DNA from: an uncultured delta proteobacterium
GTDB lineage: Bacteria; Myxococcota_A; Polyangia; Palsa-1104
Assembly: GCA_963785725.1 (NCBI GenBank)
Contig: CAWAWS010000005.1
Location: 32,001-96,000 of the forward strand
DNA: 64,000 nt
Direction of reading: 5' to 3'
Positions 8,525-17,919 of this stretch are shown here, in pieces. The notes beneath the pieces are model-generated. The model was not told the origin of the DNA and did not search any database. It saw only the letters and a list, made by a program, of their open reading frames with translations. Position numbers and translations under genes: made by a program. The stretch's first letter is position 1. Each line of letters starts with the position of its first letter.

Positions 8525-11020
8525 ATGCGAAGCCGCCCAATCCTCCTCGCGCTGTGTGTGGCTCTCGGCTGCGAAGGTCCGCGCGGGCCGGCGGGAGCGA
8601 CGGGTCCAGCCGGTGCCACCGGTCCGACCGGCGACGCGGGAGCGCCCGGCGCGACGGGTCCGAGCGGCGACGCCGGCACCAACGGCTGCCCCGGCCTCGA
8701 GCCGGGCGCGACCGTCGGCCTGAACGCCGTCGTCGACCTCTCGACTCCGGCCAACGGCAGCTTCTTCGTCGTCGGTGAACGCGCCAAGGTCACGATTCAC
8801 TTCACCAACGGCTGCGGGCAGACCTTGCGGCCGAGCGACCTCGGGACGGCGAGCCTGTATCTGTCGGGACCGCGGCTCGGCTCGCTGACGACGACGGCGG
8901 CCAAGCTGCTCAACTGCGTCACCGATCGCAGCGCGACCGACGGCCAGCACCACTACATCAACCTGCGCAGCCCGAGCTACGCCGATCCGTCGCAAGCCAA
9001 CTTGAGCAGCGCCGCCGACGGCACGCTGACCTACACCTTGGCGCCCGTCAGCGACGAGGCCGCCGGCACGTACACGCTCGGCGTCTGGGCCAAGAGCACC
9101 GACGACAAAGACCAGCTGTTCCCGACGCTCGACTTGCAAATCGGCAACGCCACCGCCGAAACCTTTGCCAGCGGTCCGAGCGCGACGTCGACCTGCTACT
9201 CGTGCCACCGCGGCGCGCAGTCCGGCAAGTCTTATCAGGCGCACATCATCCCCGGCTTCTCGCCCGAGGGAAACTACGCGCTCGACGCCACGCCCATCGC
9301 CACCTGCAAGCTCTGCCACAACCTCGACGGCTACAGCGCCAATCCCACCGTGCGCAAGGTCCACGGCGCACATCGCGGTGCCAACCAGCTGGCGCCCGGC
9401 GTCGCTCACCCCGAGTACGGGCTCGCCGCCGATCCGACGCTGGCCGAGCTCACCGACGTCACGTTCCCGTCGATGCCGGGCGCCGAGAACGACTGCGGCA
9501 AGTGCCACGTCGACGCGCGCTGGAAGACGGCGACGCGGCTCGCCTGCGGCACCTGCCACGACAACCTCTTCTTCGACACCGGCACGCTGACGCCGCCGCG
9601 CACGTTCGGCCCGCCTCCCGCCGGCGCGTGCACGTCGGACGCCGCCTGCGGCGTCTTCGGCGACTTCGCGACCTGCGATTTGCCGTCGGGGAGCTGCTTG
9701 CGCAAGACGCACCCGCCGCAGGCCGACGACGCCCAATGCAGCGTCTGCCACACCCCCGACCCGCCGGGGCTGGCAGCGGTCTCAGCGGTGCACGCGATCC
9801 TGCCGGTCACGGCGAACCCGGGCCTCACGCTGAGCAACGTCACGCTGAGCGGCGCCAGCGGCAGCGGCGGCGCGTTCATTGCCGGCACCGACACGCCGGT
9901 CGTGACCTTCGCGCTCGTCGACGGAACCGGGACGGCCATCGCCACGCTCAAGTCGAGCTCGGTCTTCTCGGCCACCGCCATCGTGTCCGGCCCCACCGAC
10001 GACCGGCAGCGCGTCTACGGACCGCTCACCCTGAAGTCGCAAGGCACGCTCGCCTTCGACGCCACCAAGGGTCTCTATACGTACACCTTCCCGACCGCGT
10101 TTCCGGTCGGCGCGCTCGCGCCCTACAACACGACCGCGCCCTACAGCCGCGCCAACGGGCCCGGCACGTACACGCTGTGGCTCTACGTCAATGAGACCGT
10201 GACCGCGAGCGGTCAGACCTTCCGCGCCGCGGCCAACTCAATCGTCGACTTTCCCGTCGGCACCGCCGGGCCGGTGCAGCCGCGTCAGGTCGTCGCCGAT
10301 GCCGCGTGCAACGGCTGCCACGTCAACGTGCAGGCGCACGGCGGCTCGCGACAGGGCGTCGGCAGCCAGTGCTCGAATTGCCACACCAAGGGCGCGCTCG
10401 ACTTCGGCGTCGGCTCGAAGGGGCTCGCCTGCACGACGAGCGCGCAGTGCGGCGGCAACGCCGCCGGCTGGGAAGCGTGCCAGGACACCAACGGCGACGG
10501 CACGCCCGACAGCTGCGTGGTCACCGTCGATCCCACGCCCGGTCAGACCATCGACTTCGGCGTGCTCGCGCACGACATCCACTACGCCCGCCTCCGCGAC
10601 GGCTACGCCGAGCGCAACAACCTCGTCGCACCGGGCACGCTCACCGTGCTCGGCTATCAGAACGCGCTGTCGAGCTTCGCCACGGATCTGCTTCCGCAGG
10701 ACGTGCGCAACTGCAAGACCTGCCACGCCGACGCCGGCGGCAGCTGCTCGGCGACGCAGCCGTGCGGCATCGGTCAGTCGTGCGTGAGCGGCAGCTGCGT
10801 CAACGTCGCCTGGCTGACGCCGTCGACCCGCGTCTGCACTTCGTGCCACGACGACGCCAGCACCGCCGGCCACGCCGCCATCAACACCTGGACGGACGGC
10901 AGCGGCAACGTCATCGAGACCTGCGCCACCTGCCACGGCTCGGGCGCGCAATTCGCCGTCGACGTCGTGCACCAGATCGCCTCGCCCTACGTGCCGCCCT
11001 ATCCGCGAGAGAAGCAATAG
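8525..11020 (+). CDS. Decaheme c-type cytochrome lipoprotein, OmcA/MtrC-like
   Basis: Lipobox ALGC, collagen-like G-x-x linker, 10 CxxCH in two groups of 5 separated by beta-rich domains; RQVV...CNGCH...HGGSR. Confidence 0.88.
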   Translation: MRSRPILLALCVALGCEGPRGPAGATGPAGATGPTGDAGAPGATGPSGDAGTNGCPGLEPGATVGLNAVVDLSTPANGSFFVVGERAKVTIHFTNGCGQTLRPSDLGTASLYLSGPRLGSLTTTAAKLLNCVTDRSATDGQHHYINLRSPSYADPSQANLSSAADGTLTYTLAPVSDEAAGTYTLGVWAKSTDDKDQLFPTLDLQIGNATAETFASGPSATSTCYSCHRGAQSGKSYQAHIIPGFSPEGNYALDATPIATCKLCHNLDGYSANPTVRKVHGAHRGANQLAPGVAHPEYGLAADPTLAELTDVTFPSMPGAENDCGKCHVDARWKTATRLACGTCHDNLFFDTGTLTPPRTFGPPPAGACTSDAACGVFGDFATCDLPSGSCLRKTHPPQADDAQCSVCHTPDPPGLAAVSAVHAILPVTANPGLTLSNVTLSGASGSGGAFIAGTDTPVVTFALVDGTGTAIATLKSSSVFSATAIVSGPTDDRQRVYGPLTLKSQGTLAFDATKGLYTYTFPTAFPVGALAPYNTTAPYSRANGPGTYTLWLYVNETVTASGQTFRAAANSIVDFPVGTAGPVQPRQVVADAACNGCHVNVQAHGGSRQGVGSQCSNCHTKGALDFGVGSKGLACTTSAQCGGNAAGWEACQDTNGDGTPDSCVVTVDPTPGQTIDFGVLAHDIHYARLRDGYAERNNLVAPGTLTVLGYQNALSSFATDLLPQDVRNCKTCHADAGGSCSATQPCGIGQSCVSGSCVNVAWLTPSTRVCTSCHDDASTAGHAAINTWTDGSGNVIETCATCHGSGAQFAVDVVHQIASPYVPPYPREKQ

Positions 11021-12205
11021 GTGCGGCTGCCGATGGTGCTGGTCAGCCTCCTCGCGGTCGGCTGCGGCGTGGCGCGCGCCGTCGACGGCCGCCGGTGCGC
11101 CAGCGCCGCCGACTGCGAGCAGATCCATCCCGCCGGCATCGCCGATCCGAGCAGCCCCGACTTTCACGGGCAGCTCGTGCAGTCGCTCGGCTGGAACCTC
11201 GGGCTGTGCGCGCAGTGCCACGGCGCCGACTTCAGCGGCGGCGCCTCGGGCAAGTCGTGCCTGACGTGCCATGCCCAAGGACCGACCGCCTGCACCGTCT
11301 GCCACGCACAACCGCCGGCGACGGGCGCGCACGTCGCCCACGCCGCCAAATACGACTGCACCGTCTGCCACGTCAAGCCGGCAGCGTGGAACGATCCCGG
11401 GCACCTCTTCGCCAGCGACGGCAGCGTCATCACGAGCGCGCGCATCACGTTCGGCGGGCTCGCCGTGAGCCACGGCGCGACGCCGAGCTGGGATGGCGCC
11501 AGCTGCAGCGGCACCTATTGCCACGGCAGCGCCAAGCCGGTCTGGACCGGCGGCGCCGGCCAAGCGGCCTGCGGCAGCTGCCACGCCATTCCGCCCGCCA
11601 ACCACGCCAGCAGCCGCTGCGGCGACTGCCACGTCCGCGTCGCCAACGACCAGGCGCAGATCGTCGACGACGCGCTACACGTCGACGGACAGGTCAGCCT
11701 CGGCGATGACAGCGGCACCTGCCTCGCCTGCCATCCGCAGCCGGGCGGCGCGCACGCCAGCCACACGCAGGCGCTGCACGAGCTGCGCGCCCCGCTCGGC
11801 TGCCCCGAGTGCCACGTCGTGCCCACGATGCTCACGAGCCCCGGCCACATCGATCAGCCGAGCGCGCCAGTCTTCCCCGCCGGCTGGAGCGGGCTCGGCG
11901 CCAACGACGGCGCGCAGCCGACCTGGAGCCTCGCCGCCGGTCAGTGCAGCAGCGTCTACTGCCACGGCGGCGGCAAGACGCTCGGCGCCGACGCCGCCGC
12001 GACGATCATTCGTCAGCCGACGTGGATTCCCGGCAGCGGTGCCGCCAGCTGCGGCGCCTGCCACGGCATCCCGCCCGTCGACGGCGCGCACTCGGCCTCG
12101 ATGGGGCTCGGCGACTGCGCGACGTGCCATCCGACGACGATGAACGCCGGCGGCGGGCTCATCAGCGGCGGCACCCATATGGACGGCGTCATCGATGCGC
12201 TTTAG
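11021..12205 (+). CDS. 12-heme cytochrome c lipoprotein (CxxCH/CxxxxCH type)
   Basis: Lipobox AVGC; 10 CxxCH plus CSGTYCH and CSSVYCH. Confidence 0.88.
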   Translation: MRLPMVLVSLLAVGCGVARAVDGRRCASAADCEQIHPAGIADPSSPDFHGQLVQSLGWNLGLCAQCHGADFSGGASGKSCLTCHAQGPTACTVCHAQPPATGAHVAHAAKYDCTVCHVKPAAWNDPGHLFASDGSVITSARITFGGLAVSHGATPSWDGASCSGTYCHGSAKPVWTGGAGQAACGSCHAIPPANHASSRCGDCHVRVANDQAQIVDDALHVDGQVSLGDDSGTCLACHPQPGGAHASHTQALHELRAPLGCPECHVVPTMLTSPGHIDQPSAPVFPAGWSGLGANDGAQPTWSLAAGQCSSVYCHGGGKTLGADAAATIIRQPTWIPGSGAASCGACHGIPPVDGAHSASMGLGDCATCHPTTMNAGGGLISGGTHMDGVIDAL

Positions 12206-13460
12206 CGCGCGGCCGCTGTTGCTCGTGTTGCTGCTCGGCGGCGTCGCGCGCGGCGAGACGGTCGACGCCACGCTGACCACGATCCTGCAGGGCCGACAAG
12301 ATCCGCGCGACGGCAACCTTTACACGTCGGTGCCGCTGTATCAGACGATGACGCTGACGATCGACGACGTGCCGCTGCGCCATGTCGACGATCTGCGGCT
12401 CGTCCTGTCGGGCTGGGGCCAGTTCCAATTCGCGCCCAGCGGCTCGGCGCTCGCAGGCACCGGTGACGTCGACGTCGGCTTCGTCGAGGGCAAGCTGTTT
12501 CATCGCCGCCTCGAGCTGCGGCTCGGGCGGCAGCTCGTCTTCGGCGGCGCCGCCCACGCCTTGCCGCTCGACGGCGCGTCGGTCACCGCGCGCCTGCCGC
12601 GCCGACTCGCGCTCAACGTCTATGGCGGCGTGCCGGTGACGCCACGCTTCGGCGTGCACCAGGGCGACTTCGCCGCCGGCGGCCGGCTGTCGCTGCGGCC
12701 GACGGTCGACAGCGAGCTGGGCGCGTCGTTCCTCGAGATGCTCAAGGACGGCCTACAGGCGCGCCAGGATCTCGGCTTCGACGCGCGCTATCGCCCGTCG
12801 CTGCCGGCGCTGCGCTCGCTGGTGCTGACCGGCTATGCGCTGGTGAGCCTCATCGAGCTGCGGCTCATCGAGGGCGACGTCGCCGCCGTCTGGCAGGCGC
12901 GCGCGCCCTTGCAGCTCGGCGTCGACTATCGGCGCACCTCGCCCGATCTGTACCTGCCGCGCAGCTCGATCTTGTCGGTCTTCGCGCAGGAGACGCACGA
13001 CGAGGTCGGCGGCAACCTCTATTGGCGCCCGCTGTCGCGCTTGCGCATCGAGGGCGACTATCACGCCATCCTCGACGACGACGGCTTCGGGCAGCGCGGC
13101 GGCGCGCGCGTCGTCGGCACCTTGGGCGCGGCCTTCACGACGACGCTCACCGCCGAGACGCGCGTGCTGCGCCTCGCCACCGGCGACGGCTACGTGCAGG
13201 GTCGGCTCTACGCCATCCAGCGGCTGTCGACGCGGCTCGTCGGGACGCTCGATCTCGACGCCTACTCGCTCGAGAAGCCGATCAACGGCCAGACCTTCTC
13301 GTTCACCAGCGCGGCCACGCTCGGCTGGGACTTCGCGCCCGGCTGGCGCACGGTGCTGACCGCGATCGCCGACTCGACGCCGCAGGTCGAGCGCCGCTTC
13401 GAGTGCATGGCCAAGGTCGTCTACAACGCCGTCTACCACGTGCGGCGGGTGATTCAGTGA
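12195..13460 (+). CDS. Putative outer-membrane beta-barrel porin of a porin-cytochrome complex
   Basis: Signal peptide, alternating amphipathic strands (LELRLGRQ, LQLGVDY, LGWDF), flanked by multiheme genes. Confidence 0.7.
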   Translation: MRFSARPLLLVLLLGGVARGETVDATLTTILQGRQDPRDGNLYTSVPLYQTMTLTIDDVPLRHVDDLRLVLSGWGQFQFAPSGSALAGTGDVDVGFVEGKLFHRRLELRLGRQLVFGGAAHALPLDGASVTARLPRRLALNVYGGVPVTPRFGVHQGDFAAGGRLSLRPTVDSELGASFLEMLKDGLQARQDLGFDARYRPSLPALRSLVLTGYALVSLIELRLIEGDVAAVWQARAPLQLGVDYRRTSPDLYLPRSSILSVFAQETHDEVGGNLYWRPLSRLRIEGDYHAILDDDGFGQRGGARVVGTLGAAFTTTLTAETRVLRLATGDGYVQGRLYAIQRLSTRLVGTLDLDAYSLEKPINGQTFSFTSAATLGWDFAPGWRTVLTAIADSTPQVERRFECMAKVVYNAVYHVRRVIQ

Positions 13461-14524
13461 GCGGCGCGCGCGGCTTTGTCCTCGTCGTCGCTTGTGCCGT
13501 CGGCGCCGCCGCCTGTGCGCCGTGGCTGACGATTCGGCTGCCGTACAAAGCCGATCACCTCAAGGTGCCGCACGGGCTGCACGCGCAAGGCAAGGTCGAG
13601 TGCATCGCCTGCCACGACGAGCTCTACGACGCCAAGAACCTCGAGCAGCGCGTGCTGCCCGCCGAGGCCAAGTGCCTCGAGTGCCACCGCGAGCAGAAGG
13701 CCAACGGCCAGTGCGGCTTCTGCCACACCGACGTGACGCGCGCCCGAGCGTGGCCGGCGCGCGAGCCGACGCTGCGCATGTCGCACGCCGAGCACATCGA
13801 TCGAGTCAAGGAGGACTGCCATGTCTGCCACAAGACGCTGCCCAATCCGCTGCGCGGCACCGACGGGACGCCGCCCATGAGCGCCTGCCTCTCGTGTCAC
13901 GAGCATCAACAGGAGTACGACGAGGGCCGCTGCTCTCGCTGCCACATCGACTTGACGCGCTATCCGCTCAAGCCCGTGTCGCTGTTCTCGCACCAAGGCA
14001 ACTTCGTGCGCGAGCACGGCCGCTCGGCGCGCGCCGCGGCCGACACGTGCGCCCAGTGCCACGAGCAGACCTTCTGCAGCGACTGCCACGCGCGCACCGT
14101 GTCGATGCCGATCGAGCAGAAGCTGCCCGAGCGCGTCGACGCCGACTTCATCCATCGCAACGACTTCATCGACCGTCATGTCGTCGAAGCGAAGGCCGAT
14201 CCGGCGTCGTGCCGGCGCTGCCACGGCTCGACCTTCTGCGACGACTGCCATCGCGCGCAGAACCTGACGCCGCAAGCGGCCAACCCGCGCGATCCGCACC
14301 CGGCCGGCTGGTCGTTCCCGGGCGCGGCGCAGTTCCACGGCACCGAGGCGCGGCGCGACATCAACCAGTGCGCCGCCTGCCACGATCAGGGCGCGCGCTC
14401 CATCTGCGTCGACTGCCATAAGGTCGGCGGCATCGGCGGCGATCCGCATCCGGCCGGCTGGTCGGCGCGCCACGGCCGTAACGAGATCGCGCGCAGCTCG
14501 ATGTGCCTCGCGTGCCACTCGTGA
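13457..14524 (+). CDS. 13-heme cytochrome c (c3/c7-like repeats), probable lipoprotein
   Basis: GTGA-coupled start; AAAC lipobox; 13 CxxCH counted. Confidence 0.88.
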   Translation: MSGARGFVLVVACAVGAAACAPWLTIRLPYKADHLKVPHGLHAQGKVECIACHDELYDAKNLEQRVLPAEAKCLECHREQKANGQCGFCHTDVTRARAWPAREPTLRMSHAEHIDRVKEDCHVCHKTLPNPLRGTDGTPPMSACLSCHEHQQEYDEGRCSRCHIDLTRYPLKPVSLFSHQGNFVREHGRSARAAADTCAQCHEQTFCSDCHARTVSMPIEQKLPERVDADFIHRNDFIDRHVVEAKADPASCRRCHGSTFCDDCHRAQNLTPQAANPRDPHPAGWSFPGAAQFHGTEARRDINQCAACHDQGARSICVDCHKVGGIGGDPHPAGWSARHGRNEIARSSMCLACHS

Positions 14525-15129
14525 GCCTCGTCGGCCTCGGCATCGTCGCCGCGCTCTTGCTGCTCTTGCCGCTCGTCGTGCGGCCCTCGTTGACGCTGCG
14601 CAGGGTCGGGCGCGTCTTCGCTTTCGTCGCCATCGTCGTCGTGCCGGTGGCGGTGGGCTTCGGCGGCCTCAGCGAGCACATCGAGCACTCCAAGACGACC
14701 GCCTTTTGCCTCTCGTGCCACGTGATGGAGCCGTACGGACGGAGCTTTCACGTCGACGACCTGGACCATCTACGGCGCAGCACTGGCAATACAGCCGCGT
14801 GCCGCGCGAGACCGCCTGCTTTACCTGCCACACCAACTACACGCTTTACGGCGACTACAAAGCCAAGCTGCGCGGGCTGCATCACGTCTGGGTGCAGTAC
14901 CTCGGAACCATCCCGAAGACGCTCGCGCTGTACACCCCGTACGACAATCGCGAGTGCCTGCATTGCCACGACGGCGCGCGCTCGTTCGTCGAGGCGATCC
15001 CGCACAAGAGCTGAGCTCGCCGCCATCCTCGCCAACCGCAAGTCGTGCGTGGCGAGCGGCTGCCACGCCACCGTGCACGACGTCGCGCACGTCGACGCGC
15101 TCCCGAAGTGGCCCAAGGAGAATCCATGA
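14521..15129 (+). CDS. NapC/NirT (CymA-like) membrane tetraheme quinol dehydrogenase; two compensating frameshifts (~14772, ~15009)
   Basis: 2 TMs, FCLSCHVM; shifted frame CFTCH...AKLRGLHHV...CLHCH; original frame CVASGCH...VH. Confidence 0.82.
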   Translation: MSLVGLGIVAALLLLLPLVVRPSLTLRRVGRVFAFVAIVVVPVAVGFGGLSEHIEHSKTTAFCLSCHVMEPYGRSFHVDDLDHLRRSTGNTAACRARPPALPATPTTRFTATTKPSCAGCITSGCSTSEPSRRRSRCTPRTTIASACIATTARARSSRRSRTRAELAAILANRKSCVASGCHATVHDVAHVDALPKWPKENP

Positions 15130-15407
15130 GCGACCGCGCGGGAGCGACTGCGAGCGTCCGGCCCGTTGCGCCGGCGGATCGACCGTCCGGCTCGTTGACC
15201 GCCGAAAGAGGTCATACGAGCGACGCGAAGCTGGAGCGGCGGCTACAACTGTCGGCCGCGCTGGTCATGCTCGGGCTCGTCGTCGAGCTGGTCAGCCTGC
15301 GCTGGCATCACCCGACGGCGTTCGTCCTGTTCGTGCTCGTCGGCGGCCTGGCCATGGCGGCCGGCATCTTGCTGTTCTCGTACTCAATCGTTTCCCGAGG
15401 AGGATGA
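15126..15407 (+). CDS. Small two-TM membrane protein
   Basis: ATGA overlaps at both ends; two hydrophobic helices around WHHP. Confidence 0.7.
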   Translation: MSDRAGATASVRPVAPADRPSGSLTAERGHTSDAKLERRLQLSAALVMLGLVVELVSLRWHHPTAFVLFVLVGGLAMAAGILLFSYSIVSRGG

Positions 15408-15742
15408 CCATGCGTTGGATCTTCGTGATGGCGCTCGTGCCGAGCTTGGCGTTTGCAGACGGCAACCCGCAGATCGACCGGCTGTGGCGCGCCAAGTGCG
15501 CCTCGTGCCACGGCGCCGATGGCAAGGCGCAGACCGAGCAGGGCAAGAAGATGGCGATCGGCGACTTGTCGACCGCGGCCGCGCAGGCAAAAGTCACCGA
15601 CGCGCAGATCAAGGCGGCGATCAGCGACGGCGTCAATCGCGACCAAAACGGCGTGCACCAGGAGATGGAAGGCTACAAGGCCAAGCTGAAGCCGGACCAG
15701 ATCGACGGTCTGGTCACGTACGTGCGGGCGCTCAAGAAGTAG
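15404..15742 (+). CDS. Class I monoheme cytochrome c (c6/c553-like)
   Basis: Signal peptide AFA, CASCHGADG, distal Met in QEMEGY; start 15404 or 15410. Confidence 0.9.
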   Translation: MTMRWIFVMALVPSLAFADGNPQIDRLWRAKCASCHGADGKAQTEQGKKMAIGDLSTAAAQAKVTDAQIKAAISDGVNRDQNGVHQEMEGYKAKLKPDQIDGLVTYVRALKK

Positions 15743-15755
15743 CCGCGAACGACCG

Positions 15756-15798
15756 CGCACGCCTTGCCGCCGCCGGCGGCGCCGCCGCAAATCCTGCG
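15756..15798. promoter_or_regulatory. Paired enhancer-like boxes
   Basis: CGCACGCCTTGCC and CGCAAATCCTGCG, 30 bp apart. Confidence 0.65.
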
Positions 15799-15840
15799 CG
15801 AGTCGCGCGGAGGCGACCGCGCCGTCGCGGCTGCGGCTTT

Positions 15841-15856
15841 CGGCACGCCTCCTGCT
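15841..15856 (+). promoter_or_regulatory. sigma54 promoter
   Basis: CGGCACGCCTCCTGCT. Confidence 0.72.
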
Positions 15857-15877
15857 CTGAGCCGAGATGGAGGCCTC

Positions 15878-16306
15878 ATGCAGATCGAGAGCGTCATGAC
15901 GCGCAACGTTCACTTCTGCCGCAAGGACGACAGCCTCGACGCTGCCGCGCGCGTGATGTGGGACGCCGATTGCGGCTGCCTTCCGGTGGTCGACCACTGC
16001 GGCGAGCTCGTCGGCGTCATCACCGATCGCGACATCTGCATGGCCGCGTATACGCGAGGCGAGCCGCTGCGTCAGCTGCGCGTCGTCGATGCGATGGCCA
16101 AGACCGTCATCATCTGCCGAGCCGAGGACTCGACGCAGCACGCCGAGCGCCTCATGCGCACGCATCGCGTGCGTCGCCTGCCGGTCGTCGGCGGCCGCGG
16201 CGAGCTCGTGGGCATGCTCTCGCGTACCGACATCGCGCGCGGTACGCATCGCGACGCAGCGCCCACCGCGGCCGCGCGAACCGGGCCTGGCGCGTCGCGA
16301 CACTGA
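15878..16306 (+). CDS. CBS-pair protein
   Basis: DCGCLPVVD...GVITDRDIC...VRRLPVV; GGAGG RBS. Confidence 0.92.
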   Translation: MQIESVMTRNVHFCRKDDSLDAAARVMWDADCGCLPVVDHCGELVGVITDRDICMAAYTRGEPLRQLRVVDAMAKTVIICRAEDSTQHAERLMRTHRVRRLPVVGGRGELVGMLSRTDIARGTHRDAAPTAAARTGPGASRH

Positions 16307-16329
16307 CGGCACGCCGCGAATGAATGGTC

Positions 16330-16345
16330 TGGAACGATTCGTGCT
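16330..16345 (+). promoter_or_regulatory. sigma54 promoter
   Basis: TGGAACGATTCGTGCT. Confidence 0.7.
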
Positions 16346-16367
16346 CAACGAACACTCGGAGGTTCCC

Positions 16368-16844
16368 ATGGAAGTCCGTGAGCTCATGTCCGCCCCCGTC
16401 GCGACGCTGACGATCGACGACACGTTGAATTGCGCCGCCAAGATGATGCTCGATCTGGGGATCGGCTGCGTTCCGATCGTCGACCGTCACGGCGTGCTGG
16501 TCGGCATCCTGACCGACCGCGACATCGCGCTGGCCGGCTACGAGATCGGCGAGGCGTTCTGGCGGCTGCGCATCGACGGCAGCATGACCAAGCCGGTGCA
16601 CACCTGCCGCGCCGAAGACGACATCGCGGTCGCCGCGCAGCGCATGCGCGCTCATCGCGTGCGCCGACTGCCGGTCGTCGACGCCGCCGGCAAGCCGCTC
16701 GGCGTCATCTCGCTCGACGACCTGACGCACGCCTCGCGCCAGCCCCTGCTCGATCCGACGCCTGGCCTGACGTGCGACGAGATTGCCGGGCTCTACGAAG
16801 CGACGTCGGGCCGCACGAAGCACAGCCAAGACGGGCAAGGCTGA
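16368..16844 (+). CDS. CBS-pair protein
   Basis: GCVPIVD...LTDRDI...VRRLPVVD; GGAGG RBS. Confidence 0.92.
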   Translation: MEVRELMSAPVATLTIDDTLNCAAKMMLDLGIGCVPIVDRHGVLVGILTDRDIALAGYEIGEAFWRLRIDGSMTKPVHTCRAEDDIAVAAQRMRAHRVRRLPVVDAAGKPLGVISLDDLTHASRQPLLDPTPGLTCDEIAGLYEATSGRTKHSQDGQG

Positions 16845-16923
16845 GCCCGCAATCGCGCGCGCCCTCCGTCCTCGTGGCGCGCGGCGCGCGATCATTCCTG
16901 CGCAGGCATCCGCGGAGGCTCAC

Positions 16924-17400
16924 ATGCACGTTCGCGAGCTGATGACGGCACCGGTAGAGACGCTGACCATCGATGACACCTTGAATCACGCGGCCAAGAC
17001 GATGCGGGATCACGCCGTCGGCTGCGTCCCGATCGTCGATCGTCGCGGCGTGCTCGTCGGCATGCTCACCGATCGCGACATCGCGCTGGCGGCGTACGAG
17101 CGCGGCGAGTCGCTGTGGCGATTGTCCGTCGAGTCCAGCATGCATCAGCCCGTGCACGCCTGCCGCGCCGACGACGCCGTGGCGACCGCGGCGGCGACGA
17201 TGCGGGCCTACCGCTTGCGGCGGCTGCCGGTCATCGACGCCGGGGGCAAGCCGATCGGCCTCATCTCGCTCGACGATCTCACGCACGCCTTGCATCGGCC
17301 CGACCTCGATCGGCCGCCCGGCTTGAGCGACGCCGACATCACCGGGCTCTACGAGGCGACGTCGGGCCGCAGCAAGCATCGCCGCACGGGTGGCCGATGA
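16924..17400 (+). CDS. CBS-pair protein (tandem paralog)
   Basis: Collinear with the preceding gene; GGAGG RBS. Confidence 0.92.
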   Translation: MHVRELMTAPVETLTIDDTLNHAAKTMRDHAVGCVPIVDRRGVLVGMLTDRDIALAAYERGESLWRLSVESSMHQPVHACRADDAVATAAATMRAYRLRRLPVIDAGGKPIGLISLDDLTHALHRPDLDRPPGLSDADITGLYEATSGRSKHRRTGGR

Positions 17401-17859
17401 GCGGCCTCGGCAAGCTGCTGGTCGCGGTCGACTTCTCCGCCGAGCAGAAGGCGGCGCTGGCGCTGGCGGTGACCTTGGCTCGCCCGTTCGCAGCCGCGAT
17501 CGAGCTCCTTCACGTCTGGACGCCGCCGCCCTTGTTCGGCGAGCCGCTGATGGTGTGGACGGCCGCGGACGCGCCGCCCATCAGCCTCGAAGATCTGGCG
17601 CGCCAGCGCGCGGGCATGCACATGCAAGAGCTGGTCGACGAGCTGCATCGGGCCGGCTGCAAGCAAGCGCACGCGACCGTGGCGGTTGGCGACGCAGCCG
17701 ATCAGATTCTGCGCGCACGCCGCCAAGAGCCGCCCCGATCTGATCGTCATGGGCACGAGAGGTCGCACCGGTCTTGCGCACGTTCTACTCGGAAGCGTGG
17801 CCGAGCGCGTCGTACGCCATGCGCCCTGCCCCGTCGTCACGGTGCGCGCGTCACGCTGA
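17397..17859 (+). CDS. Universal stress protein, frameshift ~17715
   Basis: KLLVAVDFS...GDAADQILR, then shifted frame PDLIVMGTRGRTG...LGSVAERVVRHAPCPV. Confidence 0.85.
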
Positions 17860-17880
17860 CGCTTCGCTCGTCCGCGCTCG

Positions 17881-17896
17881 CGGCACGCGCTTTGCT
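17881..17896 (+). promoter_or_regulatory. sigma54 promoter
   Basis: CGGCACGCGCTTTGCT, near consensus. Confidence 0.8.
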
Positions 17897-17919
17897 CACC
17901 CTGCCCTCGGAGGTCACAC

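Noticed and set aside
8576..8680. 9-bp periodic repeats
   Set aside because: Collagen-like G-x-x linker of the decaheme lipoprotein, common in this family.
16875..16890. GG-N10-GC motif before CBS 16924
   Set aside because: Almost pure GC and expected by chance; not counted as a promoter.
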